Source: Cenococcum geophilum
Taxonomy: Eukaryota
DNA length: 64,000 nucleotides
Reading direction: 5' to 3'
NCBI GenBank assembly: GCA_050273025.1
Contig: CP158635.1
Location: forward strand, 13,020,001-13,084,000
Below the pieces are notes generated by a model. It made no database searches. It had not been told where the DNA came from and saw only the letters and a program-made list of their open reading frames with translations. Numbering within the stretch: the stretch's first letter is position 1; every line of letters begins with the position of its first letter. Position numbers and translations under genes: made by a program. Positions 25,501-39,178 of this stretch are shown here, piece after piece.

Positions 25501-25581
25501 CTAATAATAAATTAAATATTTAAATTAAATATTTAATTGCTTACGCTATAGTAAAAATATTTCATTCTGCTCACAGTTACA

Positions 25582-27370
25582 ATGCAATCGCCCGCTAAAG
25601 AAACCTTTGAAATAAGCTTAATAGAGCTCCTACGAGCTCCAGAGGACTCCAGAAACCCTTCCTATTAACACTACATACCCCAATTCGGCGTTAGTGGAGG
25701 TATACGTGGTGTTTTCTAGTATATAACCCCTAAAGCCGGACCACAACAAACAAATAAGCCCCCACCCCTAACCCTAATGACCCTAACTAAACAACGCGCC
25801 CTTTAAGAACGCGTCTTATAGACTATATAAGCTGTAGAACAAACCTAGCAGGTGCTATAGAAACGATCTTTTAATGTAAACGAGGAGCGTACTACTATGC
25901 TCTCTTTCCTTACTACTGCGATCACAACCCTTTGGGTAGCCTTCGCCACGTTAGCGGAGCTTATCTGGACCTAAGGAACCTAGGAATAGTATATTTAGGA
26001 CATAAAGGCGATCTGGACAGATATTGGCGCCCTCTAGAGGGCCGTAATAATGGCTACGAAGAGCGGACCAGCGTCTATAGGCCCGCTATCGTACGTATAC
26101 GTCGCTACCACTATACCTATAATGCCCTAAGCTATAAGATAAGTTGCCTATAAACCTATAGAAGTAAACGAGATTATAATCTGTATAGGTGACGCTGCTG
26201 ACCGTAAGGAAACCTTAAAGTAGAATAGCTAAGCCCTGGTATATAAGCTCTAGGCCGTAGAACCCCTAAACACCTACAAGATATAAGCCGTAAAGAAGCT
26301 ATAGAGTGGCAATGTTAGGGCGTACGTTATAGATAAAGATATAAAAGATAGATTGCTATAAGAAACGGGGTGGACAAAGGTCCTAGGGCGCTCTACTATA
26401 CCAGCTATACCGCTAGTACTAATAGAGGTCCACGCGGTGCCTATAAGCCTCGCCACTTAGGGCCTAGAGGCTAAGTAGACGATAGAGGATATAATAAAGT
26501 AGAATTGTACTATAGCAGGGCTTATAGTAGAAAGGCTGGCGTAGAAAAGGCCAGGAAGAGTCTGGACGGGAGAAAAGGTCCGATTGTTACTTATTATGGG
26601 CGTATAGTTAGAAGAGGTTATAAATACGCTATTTAATCGGGGCCTCTTCTTAGGAGGAGACCATTACCTAGTTATAAGGCACGAGACGACATTTCTAGTA
26701 ACGTAATGCTTTAAATGCTAAGGCTTTAACTATATAGCTAAGAGCTATAGGAGAGAGGCTAGATATGGACGCTATACTGGGTAATATAACACTAGCGAGT
26801 GCGTAGGGGACCTACCTAAGAAGTATATTAACTGTAAGGCAGACCATAAGGCATAGAATAGGGCGTGCGGCGTCAAGCGGACGTAGTAGGAGAAGGCTGC
26901 AATAATTAGGGCCTTTACGCCGATATACTACGCGGGCACCTATAAGGCGCCCGAGAATGGATAGCAACCACAATTATAATACGAGATTACCACTAAAGAG
27001 GCATCGTAATAAACTAAGAAAAGGAAGCTAAAGGAAACAACTACGTGGGAGAGCTCTGTATAGGCAGAGGAGGCCCCCTAGAAGGTTGGCCGACTATAGA
27101 CCATCGACTACTCTAGAAAGGAAAAGGGCCAGAGAACCCTCCAATTAACACTTTAAATAGCGCTAAATGGCAGTATATACGCCCTAATTTAAGTTCCGGC
27201 AACTTAGGAGCCCCTATAAAGTATAGAGCTTAATGCGGAAGTAGAAGCAGAAGCCTAGATCCGGAGAGAGGCGTCTAAAGGTACCGAAACTGCGTTGTAA
27301 GGGAGCGAATAGACGCTAAAGGGCACTGACTTAGCTAACTTAGAGGCCAGCATAGATATCTTATATTAGG
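25582..27370 (+). pseudogene. LINE ORF1 (gag-like, three CCHC knuckles)
   Basis: At about 26700-26870: QCFKCQGFNHIAKSC, RCGRCAGQHNTSEC, KCVNCKADHKAWNRAC after reverting RIP changes. Confidence 0.85.
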
Positions 27371-30300
27371 ACACCGGAATCCACTTATAATTATATAGTA
27401 TAATACTAATAACAGCAAAAATGGCGTACTGCTTTACTTTTTATAAAAGGTAGAGTAGGCGGACCCCTAGCCGGATATACTAGCTATCTAGGAGCCGTGG
27501 AGGAAGGATTAAGGAAATATAATATATATTATAAAGTCCTACTACCTAGTATATGCGGGAGTCGGCAATATAAGGGTTTATTTCTATGTAAATAAGGCTA
27601 TTAATATAAATAAGTAGGCGCTTATGTACTACTTAGCGGACGCATATACGATTAAGCTAGAGGGCCGTAAGCAGACTATTTAGATCTATAATATTTACAA
27701 CCCCTAATAGACGAACAGTAGCTTCCGCGTATTACCAGAGCTACTAAAAGCCGAAGGAGAACATATACTATTAGGAGACTTTAACCTACACTACCCCTTC
27801 TAGGGGGGTGTAGTAGTGATAAGCGTAGATAACGCGGCGGATAACCTTATCCGCGCTATAGAGGCAGCTGGCCTAAGCCTAGCCATTAAGGCGGGTATGG
27901 AGACGTGGGTAAAGGGTATGTTAAGGAGCACGCTGGACCTAGTATTTACCTCCCCCTAGATTATAGATAGACTGCTATAGAGTTAAAGGCAGGACTGTTG
28001 GTATATAGGGTTTAACTACTTCCCTATTACTATAGAGGTAGACATAGAGGCGCTAGAGGGGCCTCTACTACCTAGAAGACCACTATAAAAGAAGGCTAAT
28101 TAGAAAGAGGTGCGAAATAAACTAAAGGGCCAGCTCTAACCCCTATATAGTTTCCTATATAACATAAGAGACAAACTAAACGCACTAGCAGAGGCTATAC
28201 ACTAGGCGATTAAAAACACTATAGTAAAGATAATACCTAGCGCGTGGCCCTCGCCGTAAGCCTCTAAAGCGTAGTCGGAGAAATGCATAGAGGTAGTAAA
28301 GGAAACCCAGCAGGCTTCCTGGGCGTAAAAGGCCTTTTAGTTAATACCTAATTGGATTAACTATAGAGTCGCATATAATAAGAAGAAAAGGGTAATCCGG
28401 CGAGAGGCTAATAAGCTATAGAAACACACCGTTAAGAAGCTAACGAACGACCCTAAGGGAGTATAGAGGTTGGTAAAATGGGCGTATATAGCGGACGGGA
28501 AGCCGAAGGCCCTACTACAGTTCCCTCCTATTAGCAGACTAGGAGAAGAGACCCTACACTATAATAATAAGGAGAAGGCCGCTATCCTTACAGAGTAATT
28601 TTTCCTGCTGCCTATAAAGGTGGACCTTAGTAATATACCGGGTTTTATATACCCAGAGCCGAGAACTACAAAGGAAAAAGTTAAGAAGGAGGACATTATT
28701 GCGGCTCTAAAGGGGCTTGCCCCCGATAAGGCCCTAGGCCTAAAGAAGATTACTAATTAATTTCTTAAGATATACGGAGAGCAGCTGGCCCTAGTACTAG
28801 CTAAGCTCTTTAGCAGCTGTATAGAAATTAGATACCACCTAAAACCATTTAAAAACTCTATTATAGTAGTCCTCCGGAAACCATAGAAGCCGTCCTACTT
28901 TATAGCAAAGGCCTACCAGCTAATTACGCTACTTAACACTATTAGGAAGCTATTTAAGAGAATAGTAGCCAATAGATTGTCTAGAATTGCGGAAGAGACG
29001 GGTATACTACTGGCTAGCCAGATAGGAGTAAGGCCGGGGCACTTAACATAGATAGCGCTAGAACTACTAACTCAACAGGTGTATACGGTGTGGAGGAGCA
29101 ATCCAAACCTAGTAGTATTATTATTTAGCCTTAATATTTCCGGGGCCTTTAACCAAGTCTCCTATAAAAGAATAATCTATAATATAAAAGCCCAGGCCGT
29201 GCCCTACTAGATAGTATAGTTTATAAAGTCCTTCCTTAAAGACCGAATAACAAGGCTCTTAATTGGAGGATATATGGCGCAAATAATATAGACAAATACT
29301 GGCATACCCTAAGGCTCAGCGCTATTACCAATCTTATTCCTCTTTTTTACCTATACGCTCCTACCGGAGCTATAAGGGGGTACTACTATAGCGTTTAGGT
29401 TCGTTAACGACTTAAATATACTAACGTATAGTAAGACCATAGAGGAGAACTATAGAGCCCTAGAAAGGGCGCACAAAATATATACAAAGTGGGCACGCTG
29501 ACATAGGGTAGTGTTCGCCCTAGAAAAGTACTACCTTATCTATTTTATAAGAAGCTATAAGAAGTTTAATATAAAGGCTATAGCTAACATACGTGGATTT
29601 ACGGAAGGCTTAGTTAGCAACCTATGCGTACTAGGGGTATAGGTTAACTTAAAGCTCAAATAGGGACCGTATATTAACATCGCTAAGGCGAAGACGGTTA
29701 TATAAATAGCCGCACTAACCTAACTTACAGCCTCTATATAGGGCGCCTCCTTTTAGAAGGCGCGGACGATATACTCCGCCGTAGTCCGACTAATAATCTC
29801 ATACGGATATAGTACCTGGTACTTACCACCGGAGTGGTTAAAGCCTAAGGAAATAAGTAAAGCTAAGCTGCGCTAACTAGGCGTAGCGCAGAACCTATAC
29901 CTCTATACTATTACGGGGGCGTATAAATTAACGCCAATAGTAGTACTAAAATACGAGATGGGGTTTCCGCCGCTCTAGATGCACTTAGAGGAGCTAGCTA
30001 TAGCCTACGCGGAAAGAACACGGGAGGAGTAGGCAAGAGAATATATTAAGAGGGAGTGCAACACTATACAAACTATAATAGCCCACTAGCTCCGACCTAG
30101 AACGAGGCCACTAATACAGCCCACTAGAAGGGATAAGCTTAAGAGGATAGCGGCTGCTATTATAGGGATAGATATACGGCCGGCGGACCTATCTAAAGCG
30201 CAGTATAGGAAGAGCAGAAGGGCTAGGGTATAAGAGGCGTTTAAAGAGCAGTGGAAAAAGGAGTAGGAAAGGTACTAGAGTATACTTATATACTATACAA

Positions 30301-30710
30301 CGGCCTAGGCCAAACTATGGAATAAAAAGGTCCATAAACGCTACATAAGGCTTACTAAGATAGAGAGTATAATTAATACGCTGCTTAGAATAGAATATAT
30401 AGGACTTAATAGACACCTCTACTATTAGAAAGTACCAGGGTAACCAACTCCGGCCTGCCTATGCGGCTATAACTAACAATTAACAATACATGTAATAGTA
30501 TACTGCCCTAGGCATATTACTAGCCGGGCGGAAATATATTACCATACCGGAATATCCTTATATAGAGAGCTCCTAGCCAAGCCAAATGCTATAAAGGTAG
30601 TTGCGGACTAGTTTATACAGACAAACCTCCTACTATACCTCTTACTAGCTAGGGAGCTAGCTAGGGCGAAGGGAGGAGACTAGGAAGTACCTTAAGAAGA
30701 GGGATAGTAA
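27360..30710 (+). pseudogene. LINE ORF2 (AP endonuclease, reverse transcriptase, C-terminal CCHC; no RNase H seen)
   Basis: IQYNTN, DILAIQEPW and LLGDFNLHHP.W (endonuclease). KAPGP, Y.PI.LLNTIGKLFE, LDISGAFD, GIPQGS.LSPILF and FVDD at about 29400 (RT). CPCG...H...C at about 30455-30508. Confidence 0.9.
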
Positions 30711-30734
30711 ATTGCGGCAACGTTGCGGCAATTC

Positions 30735-30932
30735 GCCGAATATAGCAGAATACTACAGATATAGCAGAATTTGGCAGAATTTGGCAATATAGTAAAATTT
30801 AGCAGAACTTAGCAAGTTAGTAGAATCTAACAGAACTTAGCGAGTTAACAGAATTTAGCAGAACGCAACAAGTTGGCAGAATTTGGCAAAAATTAGTAAG
30901 TTAGTAGAACTTGGCAGAACTTAGCAGAATTT
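30735..30932 (+). repeat. 9-10-bp tandem repeat (TTGGCAGAA(T/C)) in the LINE 3' UTR
   Basis: About 20 degenerate units such as ttggcagaat, ttagcagaac, ttagtagaac. Confidence 0.85.
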
Positions 30933-31649
30933 GCACCGTTATAGCTACGGAGCTACGTACGGACTTTTATACCACCAGCCTTGCGGGCCGCTAGCCCTCG
31001 CCCTACCTAGACAACTAAACCAACTAGGATAGAACTTAGGCCCTAGCTATATACCCCACCGGACGGACCTAGGAGTACGCATTAAGATGGCTTTTCTATA
31101 GCGCCTTAAAGAGATATCAACTTGTGCTTAGCAGCTACTAATTAGAAGAGAGGCTATATAGGCTATATAATAGCAGAAGGAGAGGTTTTATCCGGCTATA
31201 GCTGCACGGTTTCCCTTATATATATATATACCTATATAGACCCGCTATATAGACCCTAACGGGAGCCGCAATAGCGTAATTAAATATCTTATCTTATAGT
31301 AAAAATATTTAAAAGGCTAGGTACTAGATTCTAATAATATAAAGGCTCCCTATCCTTATATATAATTTACTAGGTATTATATATAATATAACCTAAATTC
31401 CCTAAATTATTCTAATAATCTCTTTAAAGGCAAAGCGCCAAATATAGGTACTATAAGAGAAGGGAGAATTATATGGTTAGTTAAGTTCCGGCTTAGGCTT
31501 TAACTATAGTAGTAAGGTTATTAATAGGGATCCTTATATAGTATATAAAAAATCTTACTTAGAGGGGTGGGAGAGTTGTGGTTACCTATATTATTATAGT
31601 TAGGTAATGCCTAATTACTAATAGGGGGTAATACTTCACTATAGTGGTC

Positions 31650-32167
31650 TATAAACTCTATCCTATTATAGTAAATAGATAAAAACTATTCTAATTAATT
31701 AATACTTTTAATAGGGGACGAGTAAATAGGCTCGCTCTTAACCCTAATATTTAGATTATAGTAGACCTTACTTAGAAATAGAAGACGTTTTAAGGAGCTT
31801 CGGCTAAATAGGGGAGTTTTATCCCCCTATAAGCGTGCTTCGGCGGCACTTTAATAATAGTAGGGAAATTTATTAATTGGGTTACTTTCCCTTTACTACT
31901 CTATATAAGCGTATAGAGACGGTAAATAAGAATAGTGCTTATAATCTCTTCTATAGAGGGAGGCTAAGAAGTTAAATTCTTATTAAATTAAAATATAAAG
32001 ATTTCCTAGTTCCTCTCTATAAAGATAGTAACTTTTATTTTAGGCACCAGTTAAGTAAGAACAAAAGCTTTCTTAAAAATGCCTTCTTATTAGGTTGCGA
32101 ATATTCGGTTACTGGCTTCTAAAGGTCCATATAAAGACGCGTAGGGTCGTTTTTTTAGGCAAGGCAT
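31650..32167 (-). pseudogene. Small MADS-box/SRF-like gene relic (copy 1)
   Basis: ATG at 32167. Reverted SNRIFATRQEGIFEKAFVL.QLVPEMKV.IFIERNQEIFIFQF..NSTSWPPSIEEI fits the MADS pattern F..R..G.F.KA..L..L....V.V.I. The 3' end is uncertain. Confidence 0.55.
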
Positions 32168-33234
32168 AGCATTAATACCCTTTTAATAAGATTTAAAGGT
32201 AGACGTATATAATAGTCTTTAAATAAAGTAAGACTAATAAAATAACGGTTTATAGTAATTAAAAGTATTCCTAGTAATATTTATATTTAATTCTACTAGA
32301 GATAACATAGACGGTATAGTATGTATATTATATGCAAGTTATACACCTTAGGGTATATTTAATAACTTTTTTAGCTAGGTTAATACCTAGGCGCAATCTT
32401 TAGGATATAAGCGCCTCTTCTAGACACTAAGATAGGGGTGCTTTCTACCTAGTAGAAGGGGTTCGTTTAGTAAGAAAGGAGCGTTACTAGATAATTAGCG
32501 TTAAATTAAATCCTAGGATAGTAAGAATAGGTTAAAAATATTATAAAGGGCAGGATTAATTAACCTAGTTATATTAGTATTCTACTAGTACCCCCCTTAA
32601 AACGGTAAGTACTAGCGGAATTCGCCTAGGTAGATTACCTAGGTGGCTTAAAATTACTAATAAAACTCGCCGCTATAAGCGTAATCGTAGTTAGCGTAAA
32701 CGCCTCTACCTAGCTAAATAAAACCTCCTTTTTAACTACTAAGACAACTAATCTACCTAAATCTACCTACGGCGTCAAACGGACAATATCCACTAGGCGG
32801 ATATTAATATTAGTAGCCTATTCGCGACTAGTGGACCTAGGTAGGCTTAGGTAGCTTTTTTAAAACGCCTACTTAATAGAGCCTACCTAGCTAAGTAATA
32901 GTTATTAAATATGCCCTTAGCTAAAAAAATAAGTAGGGTAAAGTAAGCTACTAGTTCTATATTTAGCGAGCGGCTAGTTTACTAATTAGAGTTTAACTAT
33001 TTTATAGCGTATTAATTAGACCCTAAAATAGCTTTTTACTTAAATTTTAGTTCCTAATTATAGCTTCCTTAATTTTCTTTTAATACCCGCTCTTATATCA
33101 AAGCGCTAAAATAATATCTCATTATAGAATTTATTAAAATTTATTATTTTTTTAATAAACTTATTTCTTTTAATAAAGAACTAAGCACGTCTTTATAATA
33201 CTTAACCATCCTATAAAATTCTTAGGGAAAGAAA

Positions 33235-34930
33235 ATAAATATAACTACTATTTACGTCGTTTCGTATAGCGCAATTATTACCATCTTCTCTATTTAAAGA
33301 ATTTCCAAACTTATTAGCTCTTAGGCTTATAAAAAACTCCTATTAAATATCCAGAAATAGACTCTATATAGTTTAATTATTTCTAAGTAAAAAAGCACAT
33401 TAAATATTAGTCTTTTAGCTGCATTTTATATCTTTCTTTACGCAGTTGCAAATGTTATTGGCTCCGTTTTAGGCTTATCTATAGGTATCCAATTTACGCA
33501 GCGTTTAGGATATCTATTCGCTATTAACGCAGTTCTACTATTTCTTAAGGGCAGAACCAATTTAATTAGCGATAAAGTCCTACGCCTGCCAATATATAAT
33601 TATAGCTTAATTTACCACTAGATTGGTTAGGTATATATCCTAAAAGGAGTACTTTATGCACTTCTAATAGTATCTTTAAAGTATTCGCGTATGGTAAACG
33701 TTAAAATTATAGTTTATCTAAAACTCCCTTATTCCTACTAAGCTTAATTATAAATAGCTTATTATATTTATTTCCGCTATTAGCCTTCTATCTTTTTTTA
33801 TTATTTGTTATTACGCTTATAAAATTTTCCTCCATACTCACCTTCTTCTTATATTAGCTTTAATGGGAATATTATAGTTATATATTAGACTAAAGCGGAG
33901 CTATCCTATAGCTTATCTCTTAGTCGCATTATTACTTTAAGTTCTTTAGAAAGTACTTTAGGCTGGATTTATATTATATCGAAATCTAGGATTAGGTTTT
34001 TAAGTATTTATAGTTCACTATCCCCAAGAAGGTAAGGATTTAGAAAACGCCGTTTAACTTAGAATTATAGTAAAACGCCCCTAGAAAATACTGCCAGGGC
34101 AATTTATCTACATTACTATTCCGTACAGTTTCGGCTTTATTTAAGCACATCCTTATATAATAGCATGGATCTTAGAAAATAAGACTAGTATTAATAAAAC
34201 TATAGTACTCCTTGTTTAAACTAAGTAAGGGTTTAGTAGCAGACTAAGGTTATATAGTAAAGCAACTCTAGTTATATTAGATAGACCGTATAGAGGTACT
34301 TAGTACTACTACCTAAGCTAATATAATAAGGTGCTGTTTATAGTAAATGGTATCGGAATTATAAGCCATTTATTATTAATTTAATATCTCCTAACGGCAT
34401 ATAATAATCAGACTGCCCATATATAAAGGCTATTATTAGTATAGTTCTTAGAAACAAAAGGTAAGAATTTATAGTATACTAGAAAAATAAGGGTATTGCT
34501 AACTATAAAGACCAATATAAATAGGCAAAAGAGTTTATCCTAGCTCTATATAATATAGACCACCGCTAGATTTTTACTATTTTCATTTTTTTCCTATATA
34601 AAGTTGCTAAGTCTATAGAAGAACTAAGTAAAGGGGATAAGATTCTCAGAAAGAGGCTTTATAAGCTTTTATATCTACTAGATATAGTATAGATTATTAA
34701 CTAAGAATAGTCTACCGAGGCGGGAAATATAATAATATTAGGTAAGTTTCCTTTAAAAGGTAATAATACTTTTTAATTTAACGGCCGACAGTTTATGGGA
34801 CGCCTAGGTTTAAAACCTATATAAGAAAAGCCCTTCGCTTAAACATATATAACATTATACTCCTTAGTATAGACTTTTAGCCTAATAAGACACCGGCGAG
34901 TTAGGTTTTAATAATTAGGTATATCTCTTA
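33235..34930 (+). pseudogene. Ferric-reductase/NOX-like transmembrane gene (Starship FRE type), RIP-inactivated
   Basis: INAVPLFLGGRTNLISD...YSLIHHWIGWV...GVLH and YEIFLHTH (heme histidines). KRPWKILPGQFIYI...QAHPYMIAW and LDGPYG (FAD domain). VLFM.NGIGI.SHL...RRLSLVWFLET (NAD domain). Ends VCG....DFQP. GTAAG introns present. Confidence 0.88.
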
Positions 34931-35467
34931 GATAATAAGCCATTTTTATTATAAAATTATTCTTATAAACTATAATAAGCTTAGGTAAATTCTAACTAAA
35001 TTATATAACGATAGAGCTGTAGGTAGTTATCCTACATTAAGCTAAAGTCTAGAACTGGAATTACTAGGGGCGGCTTATATAAGCTTCGGATTTACGCAAT
35101 CGCTAAGATTTATAATTAATTAATATTTAGTAGGTACGGGGCATAGCTATTACAAAAGCCCCTAATTAGCCTTTAACAGCAGATTATTTATAAGCCTTAT
35201 ATAACCTTTAGCTAGTTATTTAGTTTTCTTAAGGTCTAACTAAAATATATATAAGCAATTTCTTGGCGATATTAAGTCCTAGCACCTATATATGCAAGCC
35301 CTATCTTTAGCTAATATTTTTTATAGCGGTCCTTAGAAATAGATTTCAGATTTTAGAATATATTAGATTTTTAGGGTTTTTTAGGGTACGCTCTTTCCTT
35401 TATCTTATAATATAAGAGGTTATATACTAATCTTAGAATTTTACTTTATCTTAAGAAATAATAGCTT

Positions 35468-36020
35468 AATACCTAAAATAGACTCTTCTAGTACTAATTT
35501 AAGCACTCTAGTAGGTCTAAATTCTTCTTTTACTAATGGTTTTACTAATAAGAAAAAGAGCGTAAGCTATTACTCTTTTTACTAAAAGTCTAACAGCTAT
35601 ACCAATTAGGGGTTTCTTAAGGAATTCTTTCTTCGCAAGCAGAACTCTATACTTTAAATTTAAAAACTTAAAACCAAACTAGATAAAGTAAAAGTAATAA
35701 TTAGTATACTTTAAGATTAATATTTAGAGGTAGAAGCTGCACTACTTAAGTGCTATAAAGAGCTTAAAAACGCAAGATAGATAAGGTTTAAGAAGTTAAA
35801 GTAGTTTAAGAATTAGCTTAGGTAAGTAAAGCAGCGGATCTTTAATAATAAGGCTAAGCTTAAACTTTACCTTTAAGATCTTAAATAGGAGAACCACTAT
35901 AAATAGGAAAGAATTAATAAATTAGAGTATGCTCTTAGCCTTTAGAATTTATAATAGTATAAAGATAAAGGTAATAGAGTAGGAGAAATATCTCTAGTTG
36001 TAAAAGTAGAATTAGGTAGT
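35468..36020 (+). pseudogene. Small coiled-coil protein relic
   Basis: Ser-rich start followed by a heptad-like K/E/Q/L-rich frame with only TAA/TAG stops. Confidence 0.4.
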
Positions 36021-36197
36021 ATAATAAGCTATTTAGTTTTAGCTAAGCTAATAGATTTTAAGATCTTATATTTAAATTTATGCTTTATAAATTTCCCAGT
36101 TAACGTCTTATATTAGATATTCCTATTTTATTATTATAGCTAGGAATATAGTTTAAATCTACTACTAATACCGTATTATAGATGCTTCTCCTATATA

Positions 36198-39178
36198 ATA
36201 ATAATAATTCATTGCTTAACGTCCGATTTGGATCCCTATTAGGCCCACGCGGACTACTCCTTATTTATATATGGGGAGAAAACTCTATTTAAGAAAAATA
36301 AGAAAACCCCGTAATCTATCTCCCCGCCTTTTAGGACTCGCCTACTTAGCGCCTACAAGTCGCCTATAGTGCTCTACTACCTTACTATTTAACCTCCTTA
36401 GGAACCACTACTGCCGTAATAAGCCTATGGACGCGCTAGTATTACAAACTATTACTCTACTACTATAGAGTTACTAGGGGGCACCTGCTGCTCGCCCCCT
36501 TGCCTTCTATTACCATTTCCCTTATAACCCGGAACTAATTTAGCACATTTTAACTAATAAGCCACTAGGTAACCGCCTTGAGGCCTTTTTATATTAAGAG
36601 CAGTGTATTATAGTTCTCTGTGCCAGCTGCTAAGAGCATTATTTCTTAATTAGTGCGTAGGGGGCATAGCAGTATTACGTGTTTTGGTGTCTATCTTGGC
36701 TAGCCATATTTATATCTTAGGCTACCTACTAGGACACCCACCCAGTAAAGCCAATCTTTTAGTCCTATTATTCCTGTTCTTAAGAGTGTTACTATTATAT
36801 TTTCTGCCTTTATTAGGCCTTCTTAGAGCCCTTAGATATTTACCCCCTATGGCGTTAACTATACTATAGCTTAGGTTTATCTTGCCTAAGTCAGCCTCTA
36901 TACCTTTAACTCCTATTTACCTTTTCAGCATTAGTCCAACCAGTATTGCATTACGGTAGATAGTTTCCTGGCGTTCTTACGTATTCTACTTTAGCTCCTT
37001 TCTCTATCTTACTATTGTCTTTACTAACCTCTTACGCATCTCCCTTCCTCCTTTATATAGGCCTAGGCCCTAAAGCGGCACCATTTTTCTTCTACTTTCT
37101 TTACCTGTTTCTCTAATATCTCTTCCCTACTTTAGGGTTGTTAGTTTATTCTCCTATAGGGCACCCTAGGGTCCCTCTATATTACTTAGGCGTGTCTTAA
37201 TATACTTTATAATATTAGAGTTATATTTATTTTACGTCCTTTATATTGCAGCGGCTTTAATATATAACTATAGGGGGGGAATATTAGATTCCTTTTCAAG
37301 TAGTGCTATAGCCGTTCGCTTGTACCCGCCTATAATACTCTAAAGGTAGGCTATTTGGACCTTTTAAAGTGGTTTAAGGAGTAATTTAGGGGGGCCCTTC
37401 TTAGTTTCTCTAATGGCCCAAATACTGGATTTATATATTATGGTTGGCCGGACAACTGCTGTATATAGTAGGCGTAACCTTTAAAAGCATAGACCCTATG
37501 TGGAATTAATAATCCTAGATAAAGTAATAAACTATACTTAGCCTTTATGGGCCGCTTACGCCGTATATGCGCTCCACCAGAGCTTACTATCTACCTATAC
37601 TCCTAATACCCTTAGGCCCTAAACTAGTTAACCCCTAAAGCCTTAGATGCGAATTATATACTAAAGATCTGCAGATTAATTGCGTTTTCTTATAAAATAG
37701 ATTAGCTGGTATTTCTCTAGTAAGAATTAGACTCTATAACGTTTTGCCTATTCTATATAAGTATTATAGGCTTTCTCTAGTATTCTACAATTCTTTACGG
37801 CTGTTGGCCTGTATATAATTAGGTTTATGTCGTTAACAAAGCCTATCCCCTAGGTTGCCCCTTTCTTAAAGGAGTTAAGCAGGTTGCTTATAAAGAAAAG
37901 AAAGAGTATAGGCGAGAGGGGTAATTCTTGTGGTATTTCTGTTATAACTGCAATAGGGGGGCTCTAGTATCTACTAAAGACTAGTAATGTTTCTTTCTGG
38001 CCTATAAACCCTTAGATAAATTATATAATCTATTCTAGGAAGCCCTTTACCCTAAGGATATACAGGAGACGCTCGTAGGGTATATTGTCGTAGGCACTAT
38101 TAATATCTAGGCTAAGCATTGATACTATAAAGTCCTTTCGCATCACCCATGCAGATTTAATGGTAGCAGCGAGTAGCGTAAGTGCTAATAGTATTAAGCG
38201 GTTCTTTCTTGCCCCTATTTAGCTTTGTAGTAGTAGGGCGTATTCCTCTACCGTATCTGCTATATGTTTCGCTATTACCCTTTCTAAGATCTTGCTAAGG
38301 GTGTTTTCTAAGGCAATAGGGCGGTAGCTTCCTAGGATTAAGTAATCTGCTTTACCTTCTTTTTATAAGACAACCGTCGTTATAGATCTTCCGAGTCGCG
38401 GGTAGTAGCCTATAGCAAAGTATGCTCTAGCTATATCTGCAAGCTAAGGTGCTATAAGTGGCCTATAGGTTTTTAGGGCCTCATTTGGAATCCCATCTGG
38501 TCTTAATACTATATTATTTAAAAGGCGGCTAATGGTTCTAGCTATTTCCTCTATTGTTATGTTGCTGTTAACCCGTAGGCGAGTTACCGGTGTTTCGCCT
38601 GTGATATTACTGAGGTTTACTAGAGCCGGTTGGGGGAAGAACCTTTCTATAAGGATCTTTACCTTCTTATTATTGTTATTTATGGCCTGTGATTCTCCTG
38701 CTCTTTGTAGGGGTGGTAAGTATAGGTCTTCTGCTAGGCGCCCTACCTTTTTCTTTACCCATTTTGCTATAGCCCAAAGGCCCTTGTTATAGGGGAGGCT
38801 CGGGTTAAAAGTATACTCGTTTATAAACCATCTCCAGTTATTTCTTGCTTCTTTTTTTAGGGTATTCTTTAGCTGGTTTCTTGTGTCTTTGTATCGTCTC
38901 TTATCTTTAGGGTTATGGCTGCTTATATATTTCCTTCTTGCTTATTGTTGGCTGGCAACCAAAACTGCGCATTGTGTGGACTATGCGTATCGCGTATAGG
39001 GGCCCGGTTTTAAGATCAGGCAGTGCTCTTCTAGCCCATTTTTAATCGCTGCCTGGATCCTTTCTAGTCTTCGGTCGATTTCCTCGGGGGTGGCCAATGA
39101 GCCTTACTCGTTTGGTATTGGGTGGATTTCTTCTAGGTCTTGGAGTTGTTGTTTGACTGCATTAAAGAAACTGTCTGT
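36198..39178 (-). mobile_element. 5'-truncated Tad1-type LINE (family A, copy 2)
   Basis: 15-bp TSD TGCTTCTCCTATATA at 36183-36197 and 39179-39193. (TTA)n tail. Collinear with 9105-11608, differing mostly by transitions, and about 0.5 kb longer at the 5' end. Confidence 0.92.

Larger units (their letters stand above)
25563..31294 (+). mobile_element. Full-length Tad1-type LINE (family B), RIP-mutated
   Basis: 16-bp TSD TATAGTAAAAATATTT at 25547-25562 and 31295-31310. ORF1 and ORF2 relics present. Short ATCTT-type tail. Confidence 0.93.

Noticed and set aside
25766..25786. Telomeric CCCTAA repeats
   Set aside because: Only three interrupted copies inside LINE ORF1, easily produced by mutation of C-rich codons.
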